A stretch of DNA of 64,000 nt, from positions 21,548 through 85,547 of the forward strand of contig MEPB01000048.1 of the NCBI GenBank assembly GCA_001769385.1. Reading direction: 5' to 3'. This DNA is from Bacteroidetes bacterium RIFCSPLOWO2_12_FULL_35_15 (GTDB lineage: Bacteria; Bacteroidota; Bacteroidia; 2-12-FULL-35-15). Under the pieces are notes generated by a model. That model saw only the letters and a program-made list of their open reading frames with translations, was not told the origin of the DNA and made no database searches. Position numbers and translations under genes: made by a program. Below are positions 38,245 through 48,400 of this stretch, in pieces; within the stretch, counting starts at the first letter, position 1, and each line of letters begins with the position of its first letter.

Positions 38245-38321
38245 TTAGAGAATTAGTTAATTAGAGAAATGGAGATTCTGGATCATTAAATCTCCAATTC
38301 TCTATTTCAACAAATCATCAA
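38245..38321. repeat. Mirrored octamer tandem repeats forming a hairpin between accB and accC
   Basis: ttagagaa ttagttaa ttagagaa atggagat versus atctccaa ttctctat ttcaacaa atcatcaa. Confidence 0.55.
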
Positions 38322-38331
38322 TTCAAAAACC

Positions 38332-39672
38332 ATGTTCAAAAAGATATTAATAGCAAACAGAGGCGAAATAGCATTACGTATTATTCGTACCTGTAAGGAA
38401 ATGGGAATAAAAACGGTAGCTGTCTATTCTACTGCCGATAAAGATTCATTGCATGTAAAATTTGCCGATGAGGCAGTGTGCATTGGTCCTCCGCCAAGTA
38501 AAGATTCCTACTTAAATATACAAAGTATTATTTCAGCTGCTGAAATTACCAATGCTGATGCGATTCATCCGGGTTATGGTTTTTTATCAGAGAATGCAAA
38601 GTTTTCAAAAATTTGTCAGGAGCATAATATAAAATTTATTGGGGCTACACCCGAAATGATCAATTCCATGGGCGACAAAGCTTCTGCAAAAGCAACCATG
38701 ATCGAAGCCGGTGTTCCTTGTGTTCCGGGTTCAGAAGGTTTATTGGAAAGTGCAGCGCAAGCAATAGAATTAGCCCCGAAGGTTGGTTATCCTGTGATCA
38801 TCAAAGCTACTGCAGGTGGCGGTGGTAGAGGAATGCGTATTGTCTGGAAAGAAGAAGAAATGGAAGCCCTGTATGATTCCGCATTTAAAGAAGCAGAAGC
38901 TGCATTTGGAAATGGCGCCATGTATATGGAAAAATATATTGAAGAACCACGCCATATCGAAATTCAAATTGTTGGTGATCAATATGGAAAAGCGTGTCAT
39001 TTATCAGAAAGAGATTGTTCCATTCAAAGACGTCATCAAAAATTGGTAGAGGAAACTCCATCCCCTTTTATGACCACTGAATTGCGTGATGCAATGGGTG
39101 CTGCTGCTGTTAAAGCTGCAACAGCCGTTAGGTACGAAGGCGTTGGAACTGTTGAGTTTTTGGTTGATAAGCACCGCAATTTTTATTTTATGGAAATGAA
39201 TACACGTATTCAGGTGGAGCATCCGATAACTGAAGAGGTAATCAACTATGATTTGGTACGTGAACAAATATTGGTTGCAGCAGGTGTTCCTATTTCCGGA
39301 AAAAATTATTTTCCTCAATTATGTGCAATTGAATGTCGGATCAATGCTGAAGATCCATTTAATAATTTCCGTCCTTCACCGGGTAAAATTACTACGTTAC
39401 ATACACCGGGCGGACATGGCATTCGTGTAGATTCTCATATTTATGCAGGTTATACGATTCCTCCGAATTATGACAGCATGGTTGCAAAACTTATAACCGT
39501 TGCTCAGACACGTGAGGAAGCCATTGCAAAAATGCACCGTGCTTTAAGTGAGTACGTTATTGAAGGTGTAAAAACAACCATCCCTTTTCATTTAAAATTA
39601 ATGAAAGACGAAAATTTTATTAAAGGAAATTATACAACAAAGTTTTTGGAAGATTTTGATCTTACTGAATAA
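38332..39672 (+). CDS. accC: Acetyl-CoA carboxylase biotin carboxylase subunit
   Basis: [37 protein letters not shown] and ECRINAED. Confidence 0.97.
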   Translation: MFKKILIANRGEIALRIIRTCKEMGIKTVAVYSTADKDSLHVKFADEAVCIGPPPSKDSYLNIQSIISAAEITNADAIHPGYGFLSENAKFSKICQEHNIKFIGATPEMINSMGDKASAKATMIEAGVPCVPGSEGLLESAAQAIELAPKVGYPVIIKATAGGGGRGMRIVWKEEEMEALYDSAFKEAEAAFGNGAMYMEKYIEEPRHIEIQIVGDQYGKACHLSERDCSIQRRHQKLVEETPSPFMTTELRDAMGAAAVKAATAVRYEGVGTVEFLVDKHRNFYFMEMNTRIQVEHPITEEVINYDLVREQILVAAGVPISGKNYFPQLCAIECRINAEDPFNNFRPSPGKITTLHTPGGHGIRVDSHIYAGYTIPPNYDSMVAKLITVAQTREEAIAKMHRALSEYVIEGVKTTIPFHLKLMKDENFIKGNYTTKFLEDFDLTE

Positions 39673-39691
39673 ATCCTATTATTTCTTATAC

Positions 39692-39727
39692 AAAAAAGGA
39701 GCTTCAATTTTTGAAGCTCTTTTTTTT
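39692..39727 (+). terminator. Rho-independent terminator
   Basis: GAGCTTCAA-ttt-TTGAAGCTC followed by a T run. Confidence 0.85.
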
Positions 39728-39873
39728 GCACTAACTTTTTCAATTAGAAATTCCAATTAGAAATTCCAATTTGAAGGAGCTATTTCATCAGCTGTCTTTG
39801 CTAAAAACCTGAGTTCGATAACTTGATATAAATATCATTAAATATTAATAGACGGAGGATATTATTTCGGAAC

Positions 39874-40105
39874 TGTCATTTCGAACGAAATGAAATGAAG
39901 AGAGAAATATCATTTTGCGAAGAAGAGATTTCTCCCTCTGGTCGAAATGACATTTAGGAAAGTCATTTCGAACGAAATGAAGAGAGAAATCTCATTTTGC
40001 GAAGAAGAGATTTCTCCCTCTGGTCGAAATGACTTTAGGAAAGTCATTTCGAACGAAATGAAATGAAGAGAGAAATCTCATTTTTGCAAAGAAGAGATTT
40101 CTCCC
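39874..40105. repeat. Three tandem REP-like hairpin units
   Basis: GTCATTTCGAACGAAATG...AGAGATTTCTCCCTCTGGTCGAAATGAC units start at 39875, 39962 and 40043; the last is truncated. Confidence 0.9.
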
Positions 40106-40162
40106 GGAGTTTCTTCCCGCATTATTTCCAAAAAGGAAAAATAGTTTTTAAATTTGATGGAT

Positions 40163-41761
40163 TTATTTCACAGGCATCAATGACAATTTTCCGTAAGATT
40201 GTTTATTACCCGCCTTTACAATATAAATATATGATCCATTTGCTATTTTCCTTCCGGCATCATCTCTTCCATCCCAAATGATTTCATGTGTTCCGGACAT
40301 TTCCTGATTGCTTTGAAGCGTTTTTAATTTAGTTCCGAGAATAGAATAAATTTCAATAGTGACTTTCGAAGTTTCGCTAATGAAATAGCCGATATTCACC
40401 TTGTTTTCGAAAGGATTAGGATACGCATACGTTCTCAGGTCAGATGAAACCCGACTAATGTGTTCGTTGATCCCATTCACAACGTATTCTTGTGACAACA
40501 TTGAATCGATGTTGTATAGTTCATCCCCCGGTTCATAAATTAACCATTGGAACGAATCGAACAGCATTTCATTTGTGGTGCTGGTTCCTGCAATAACAGT
40601 AACAGGCGGACTGCTTGGGTTATTTGGGTTTGAAGTTGTATTGTCAAATATATGCCTGGAATATAGCTTATAGCCATTCGGAACTTTTACCAGCTGCTTA
40701 AATGTATAATATCCTTGCCAATCGAAATTCCAGTTATTTATTCGAATCAATGGAATAGTATCAGTAGCCGCATAGGCATAGTTTACCATAAATGTAGCCA
40801 GTTTATGCGAATGAGGAAATGCTGAGAACATCGAAATACTATAAGGTAGTGTTCCTGATGCAGGATATTGTGCTGTAAACGTTTTAACAGTGTTTGCCGG
40901 AATATATAATGACCAGTTTTGTAAAGGAGTAGTCACATATACCGGACGAACACCTGTTGTTCCCGGAGGATAAAAATAGATCCTGATTTTTGTGCTGTCC
41001 TGAACTCCCGCAGTTCCTGCAGGATAATGAATCTGAAGTACAATTTTCGAACCTGATTTTATAGAAATCCCCATTTTTAAAGGTCCGGAGCTTGGAAAAA
41101 CGGTTGGAGAAGCCCCTGGAGCATAACCACCAATACTAAAATCTCCGGAAATGTTGTAACAAGCCCCCGTTAGATCGCTTGTCGTTGTCCCAAGTGTATC
41201 TATGTTTGCAATAACGTGATGCACAATCGTTGCATTTCCTGCAACTATTTCATAAGCCCGGATAATGCGATTTTGAGTGAGCCCGGTCGGAATAGAAAAA
41301 CAGACATAACTATCATTCGTAGAAGCATTGCTTGTAAATGTTGGTATTTTTAGCTCAAGGTCAGGTGCCCCATATAATTGGTACTGAGGATAAACAGGCG
41401 GAGCCGGTGCAAGTGTTGTATCACCGGCAGGTGTTCCATTAGCGATCCAGTTCAGGATAGCATTTTTTTCAGGAGTAGAAATAAGATGTTCATGTGAAAA
41501 ACGTGAATAAGTTGTGTCAGGTGACCAGGGAGGCATATAATTGGAATTTAAATATGCAGTGATCGTTGATGCATGTGAAATCACCTGAGAGTAGGTAATG
41601 AAAGATGGCGCGTGTTGATTTTCATGATGACAACCATCACATCTGTTGATAAATATTGGTGCAACATCACTGTAAACCAGTTGAGCAAATGTAGGTCCTG
41701 AAAAGAAGGAAATAAAGATAACAAGGGATAGCTTTTTCATAAGAATGTAGTTTTTTGTCAT
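40163..41761 (-). CDS. T9SS-secreted copper type II (PHM/DBH-like) monooxygenase-domain protein with N-terminal c-type heme motif
   Basis: CDGCH...YMPPW heme domain; VHHV, LQIHY, PHSH and NEML putative Cu ligands; YPNPF...WDG...GSYIY FlgD-Ig-like CTD. Confidence 0.8.
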   Translation of the reverse strand: MTKNYILMKKLSLVIFISFFSGPTFAQLVYSDVAPIFINRCDGCHHENQHAPSFITYSQVISHASTITAYLNSNYMPPWSPDTTYSRFSHEHLISTPEKNAILNWIANGTPAGDTTLAPAPPVYPQYQLYGAPDLELKIPTFTSNASTNDSYVCFSIPTGLTQNRIIRAYEIVAGNATIVHHVIANIDTLGTTTSDLTGACYNISGDFSIGGYAPGASPTVFPSSGPLKMGISIKSGSKIVLQIHYPAGTAGVQDSTKIRIYFYPPGTTGVRPVYVTTPLQNWSLYIPANTVKTFTAQYPASGTLPYSISMFSAFPHSHKLATFMVNYAYAATDTIPLIRINNWNFDWQGYYTFKQLVKVPNGYKLYSRHIFDNTTSNPNNPSSPPVTVIAGTSTTNEMLFDSFQWLIYEPGDELYNIDSMLSQEYVVNGINEHISRVSSDLRTYAYPNPFENKVNIGYFISETSKVTIEIYSILGTKLKTLQSNQEMSGTHEIIWDGRDDAGRKIANGSYIYIVKAGNKQSYGKLSLMPVK

Positions 41762-42083
41762 GTTTAAATATGATATTAATCATGTTTTACAGATAACAAG
41801 TATAAAAATACATTTTATTAAAAGCAAATTTTTGCTTATTAAAAAATTTTTAAGTAAAAAAGCAGACAGGGTAAGTAATTCTTTTTCGTGTATTTATTTT
41901 TAATAAATAATTAATCGAACTCTTTTTAAATGTGTTAATTTTTGTAAAACTGATTTAACATTTTCTGTTTGCTATAATATCAATACGTATCTTAATTTCT
42001 ATTTTAAATTTGGGTATTTAAAATTTCTTTGTATTTTTCCACATAAATTCAGTAGTTCAATAAATAATTTAAAATTGATTTCT

Positions 42084-42404
42084 ATGAAAAATAAATTTAT
42101 TCTAAGCTTAATCTGTGTATTATTCAGTGTAATGTCCTATAGCCAGGGGGCTGTTGTTCAGGGACAACCTTCAACTGCTGATAAAAAAGAAAAAACCTTG
42201 GAACAAAAAATGGAAGGCACATATATGATTATTCATACCGGCAATAAAGTTACTGAGCTTTTAACTACTGATATCCTTTTAGAAATTGAAAAAAGAAGAG
42301 AAGAAACAAAGGAAATCTATTATGTTTACAGTCAGTATATAACGATAAAAATTCTTCCAAGAAGTGTTATTACAGCTCCTGACTTTGACCCTAAAAAATA
42401 CTAA
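42084..42404 (+). CDS. Hypothetical secreted protein
   Basis: Signal peptide; upstream of the adhesin in the same orientation. ATG at 42084. Confidence 0.7.
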   Translation: MKNKFILSLICVLFSVMSYSQGAVVQGQPSTADKKEKTLEQKMEGTYMIIHTGNKVTELLTTDILLEIEKRREETKEIYYVYSQYITIKILPRSVITAPDFDPKKY

Positions 42405-42455
42405 CATTTTTTTTCATCTTAATTATCCACATTTTAATTTTTAATTACATTAATT

Positions 42456-45400
42456 ATGAAAAAAATAATACTAATTAACTGTCTTATATTCTTAAGTATT
42501 ATAAAAGCATTTGCACAACCCGCTAATGACGGTTGTGCCGGAGCTCAATCTGTTACACCTGATGGAACCTGTGTTGCAGGGACTACTGTAGATGCTACTG
42601 ATGGCTGGACGGGAAGTGTCGGTTGTCAATCCGGAGCTAGTCATCCGGAGGTTTGGTACTCTTTTGTTTCCACTGGAACGCAAGCAAGTTTCACAATTAC
42701 AAATGGTACAATGACTGGAAATATTGAGTTGGTTTTAGTTGAATCCTCTGGTCCTTGTGCCGGGCTGGCTTTAACAGGATCCTCTTGCGGAGCTTCTCCT
42801 TTAAGTGCTTCGTTTAATGGTTTGGTGATCGGTACAACCTATTATTATACCATTTCTTCTTCTACTTCTTCGCTTGGAACTTTTACAACTTGTGTAACCA
42901 CATCCAATCCTCCTCCGGTCTCCGGACAAGATTGTGGAAATGCTGCAATATTATGTAATAACAATCCTTTTTCACAGGGTACCTCAAGTGCTGGTGCAGG
43001 AGCTGTTTTTGGAAATGCTTCTAATGAAAATTTATCTGCATTGGGTTGTTTGGCATCTGATGAGCGTCAATCAAAATGGTATAAATTTACCATAGGTTGT
43101 ACAGGTACCATAGAGTTTTTAGTGGATCCTAATGATAATGCAAATGACTATGATTGGGCTGTTTATGATATTACTACTTCCGGTTGTGCATTAACTCCAG
43201 GTGGCGCAGCTGCAGGAGGAGCAACCCAGGTAGCTTGTAATTACAGTGGTTGTCCTGGAAATACAGGGATTCTGAATCCTTTAACGGATCCATGTACGAT
43301 AACTAATTATACAACATGCGAAGCGGCCGGAGGGCCCGGTAATTGCAGTGGTGCTGATATTGGTCAGTTTAGTATTGCACCTCCGACTCTTACTGCTGGC
43401 CATACGTATGCATTAATTATTGATAACTTTTCTCTTTCAAATGCAGGATTCGCATTCTCTTGGTTAAGTGGTGGAACAGCAACTATTGGACCTGATGCAA
43501 ATTATACGTATGCAAATCCATCCTGTGGCGTGTTTAATTTTACTAAATCGTGTGCTACAATTAATTCAACTTTTCTTTGGACCTTTGGTGATGGAGGAAC
43601 TTCAACTTTACAAAATCCTTCACATACTTATGTAACCGGTGGAACTTACATAATTTCTTTACAAGTTACGGACGCTCTTGGTTGTATTAATACAAGCAGC
43701 CAAACAGTTGCTTTTTTAACACCGCTAGCAACAGCTACTCCGGCATCACAAAGTATTTGTTCGGGTACATCTACTTCTATTGCATTAAGTAGTACTGTAA
43801 TCGGAACAACTTATGCCTGGACTGTTAGCGAAACTGGTGTTTCAGGAGCCAGTGCCGGAAGCGGTTCTTCTATTGCCCAGACATTGACTTTAACAGGAGC
43901 TGTTGCCGGAACTGCAACATATACGATTACTCCTACAGCTGCCGGTTGTGTTGGTGCAACAATCACGGTTACAATTACTGTCAACCCTAGTGCTACCATC
44001 GTACTTTCTTCTGCTGTTGGTACAAATGCGCAAACAGTTTGTGCATTAGCAGCAATTGCAAATATTACTTATACTGTTGGCGGAGCTGGAACTGGTGCAG
44101 GTGTTACCGGTTTGCCTGCTGGCGTTACCGGAGCATTTGCAGGAACGACATTCACTATCAGCGGTACACCAACAGCAACCGGAACTTTTAACTATGTTGT
44201 TACAACTACCGGAACCTGTACTCAGGCAACAGCAACCGGAACTATTATCGTGAATCCCAATGCGACAATTACACTAACTTCAGCTGCAGCTACAACAGCT
44301 CAGACGCTTTGTGTAAGTACAGCAATTACAAATATTACATACACAGTTGGTGGAGGTGGAACAGGTGCAGGGGTAACAGGTTTACCGGCTGGCGTAACAG
44401 GTTCTTTTGCAGGCGGTGTTTTCACAATCAGCGGCACTCCTACTGCAACAGGCACGTTTAATTACACGGTAACAACAACAGGAAGTTGCACGCAGGCAAC
44501 AGCACTCGGAACAATAACGGTAAACCCGAATGCCAGCATAACTTTAACATCCGCAGTAGGTTCTAATGCACAAACTATTTGCTTAACATCACCTGTCACA
44601 ACTATTACCTATACAGTTGGTGGTGGTGGAACCGGAGCTGGTGTAACAGGTTTGCCGGCAGGTGTATCAGGTTCTTTTGCAGGAAGTACATTTACGATCA
44701 GCGGAACTCCAACTGCAACAGGTACATTTAACTATGTAGTAACAACTACCGGAACCTGTACACAGGTTACCGCATTAGGGACTATCATTGTTAATCCGAA
44801 TGCGACAATTACCTTAACGTCTGCAATAGCTACTACAGCACAGACTCTTTGTGTAAGTACAGCAATTACAAATATTACATATACCATTGGTGGAGGTGGA
44901 ACAGGTGCAGGGGTAACAGGTTTGCCGGCCGGGGTAACAGGTTCTTATGCAGGTGGAATTTTCACAATCAGCGGCACTCCTACCGCAACAGGCACTTTTA
45001 ATTATACAGTAACAACAACGGGAACCTGTACCCAGGCAACAGCGCTGGGAACAATAACGGTAACCCCGAATGCAACCATAACTTTAACATCCGCAGTAGG
45101 TACCAATGCACAAACTATTTGCTTAACATCACCTGTCACAACGATTACCTATACGGTTGGTGGTGGTGGAACCGGTGCAGGTGTGACAGGTTTACCTGCA
45201 GGTGTAACGGGTTCTTTTGCCGGAAGTACATTCACGATCAGCGGAACACCAACAGCAACAGGTACATTTAACTATGTAGTTACAACTACCGGAACCTGTA
45301 CGCAGGTTACCGCATTAGGGACTATCATTGTTAATCCGAATGCGACAATTACCTTAACGTCTGCAATAGCTACTACAGCGCAGACTCTTTGTGTAAGTAC

Positions 45401-48400
45401 AGCAATTACAACTATTACTTACTCCATTGGTGGAAGCGGAACAGGGGCAGGTGTAACAGGTTTACCCGCGGGCGTAACAGGTTCTTTTGCCGGAGGAGTA
45501 TTTACAATAAGTGGAACTCCAACAGCATCAGGCACATTTAATTACACCGTAACAACAACGGGTACTTGCACACAAGCAACTGCTACAGGCAGCATAACAG
45601 TTAATCCATTACCTGCCATAACTTCAATCCCTTTTACAAATGAAACTACTTGTGGTGCTAGTGATGGAACAATAACAATTAATGCAACAGGTACCGGACT
45701 GACATATTCTATTAATGGTGGAACTTCATTTGTTGGAACTAATCTTTTTACAGGATTAGCAGCAGGAAGTTACACGATTGTTGTTGAAAATGCAGCAGGT
45801 TGTACAGTCAATGGTGGTGTAATATCTATCAGCAGCGCTGGTGCTCCTGCAACGCCTGCCGCTAATGCAGCCCCAAATCCTCTGTGTGAAGGTTCAGCTT
45901 TAACATTAACAGTTGTCGCCCCGGTTGGAGGCGTAACTTATAACTGGTCAGGTCCGGGAGGATATTCAGCAACAGGATCATCTGTTTCTATTCCAGGTGT
46001 TACAACCGCTATGACCGGTGTTTATACTGTAACCGGGAGTATTGGCTCTTGTGTGAGTCCGGGAGGATCAGTAACAGTAACTGTGGATCCAAATGCTGCC
46101 ATTGCTTTAACTTCAGCAGTAGGAACAGATATACAAACATGGTGTCTAACAAATACCATCACTACCATTAGTTATACAATTACCGATGGCGGCACGGGAG
46201 CTGGCGTAACAGGATTGCCAATAGGAGTAACAGGCTCTTATGCAGGAGGCATATTTACGATCAGTGGCACACCAACAGAAACCGGAACATTTAATTATAC
46301 AGTGACTACAACCGGAACTTGTACGCAAGCAGTGGCAAGCGGAACAATAACTATCAATCCCAATGCAATTATTACGTTGACATCTGCAGCCGGAACAGAT
46401 TCACAAATTGAATGTATCAACACTGCAATTACCGCCATAACCTATTCCGTAACCGGTGGTGGAGCAGGTGCCGGAGTTACAGGTTTACCGACAGGTGTAA
46501 CAGGTTCTTTTGCAGGAAGCATATTCACTATCAGCGGAATACCAACAGCTACCGGTACGTTTAATTATACAGTCACCACAACAGGAACCTGTACACAAAC
46601 AACAGCAACTGGAAGTATCATTGTAAACCCGGATGCAGCTATCACTTTAACATCAGCTGTTGGAACAGATGCACAAACATGGTGTCTTACTGATGCAGTA
46701 ACTACTATAACCTATTCTATAACAGGTGGTGGAACTGGTGCTGGTATAACTGGTTTGCCGGCAGGGGTGACTGGTTCTTTTTCAGGAGGGGTTTTTACAA
46801 TTAGCGGAACACCAACAGTAACCGGTGTTTTTAATTATCTGGTAACAACAACCGGATCCTGCACTCAAGCAAGTGCAACCGGAAGCATCACCATAAATTC
46901 AAATGCCATAATTACATTAACATCAGTAGCGGGAAGTGATATACAAACGTCCTGTATCAATGTCGCGATCACTCCAATAACATACTCTGTTTCAGGTGGT
47001 GGTGCCGGTGCCGGAGTAACAGGTTTACCAGCAGGTGTGGCAGGTTCTTTTTCAGGAGGGATATTCACTATCAGCGGAACTCCAACAGCAACAGGCATAT
47101 TTAACTACACGGTAACTACTACCGGTACTTGCACTCAGACAACAGCAACCGGTACCATAAATGTAAATCCGGATGCCATTATTGCTTTAACCTCAGCGGT
47201 TGGAACAGAAGCACAAACAGTATGTATTAATATACCAATCACTACTATTACATATTCAGTAACAGGAGGCGGAACAGGAGCCGGTGTAACAGGTTTGCCT
47301 ATAGGCATAACCGGATCATTTGCTGGGGGTGTGTTTACTATTTTTGGGACACCAACAGCATCAGGCACATTTAATTATAGCGTAACAACAACCGGTACGT
47401 GTAGCCAAGCAACTGCACTTGGAACAATAATAGTGGACAGTGATGCAGCTATTGCTTTAACATCTGTTGCAGGAACTGACGCACAAACAGCATGTATAAA
47501 TACAGCCATCACTTCAATCACATATTCTATAACAGGGAGTGGAACAAATGCCGGAGTAACCGGATTACCTGCAGGAGTAACAGGTTCATTGGCTGCAGGG
47601 GTCTTTACTATAAATGGAACACCTACTGCAACCGGTACATTTAATTATACCATAACAACAACAGGAACCTGTATCCAAACTACAGTATTGGGAAGTATGG
47701 TCATTAATCCGGATGCTGTTATTGCTTTAACATCGGCAGCCGGAACCAATTCACAAACGCTATGTATCAATACAGCGATTTCTGTAATTACATATTCCAT
47801 AACAGACGGTGGAACAGGAGCTGGTGTAACTGGTTTGCCGGCAGGTGTAACAGGATCATTTGCTGCAGGTGTGTTTACAATTTCCGGAACACCATCCACA
47901 TCAGGAACATTTAATTATACGGTAACAACAACAGGTACTTGTCTCCAAGCAACAGCAACCGGAAGCATTATTATTAATGCATTACCGATCATCGATACTA
48001 CTAACATTGTAATTACTCCGGCTACCTGTGGACTATCGGATGGATCTATAACCGGCATCACCGCTTCAGGTGCAACAGTATTAGCCTACACATGGAATGG
48101 AGCAGCAAGCGCTACAACTGATCTGATTAATGTTCCGGTTGGTGCATACACATTGGTGGCGATGGATATAAATAATTGCTCATCTTCAATGGGGCCGGTT
48201 CAAATAATAAACCCCGGAGCCCCTGCTGCTCCAGCCGCTCCGAGTCCTGCGGCTTATTGCCAAGGCGCTGCAATTGCCGATTTAACGGCAACGGGCACAG
48301 GAGGAACATTAACATGGTATGCAGATGCAGGCTTAATAGCTCAGGTAGGTACAGGTAGTCCTTTTACAACAGGCGTTACAAGTACCAGCACTTTTTATGT

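Noticed and set aside
39739-39772. 12-bp tandem repeat CAATTAGAAATTC after the accC terminator
   Set aside because: Only about 2.5 copies of AT-rich sequence, with no supporting context.
40063-40281. 72-aa ORF (+), and similarly 19041-19232 (-)
   Set aside because: They start inside REP-like repeats and overlap real genes antisense.
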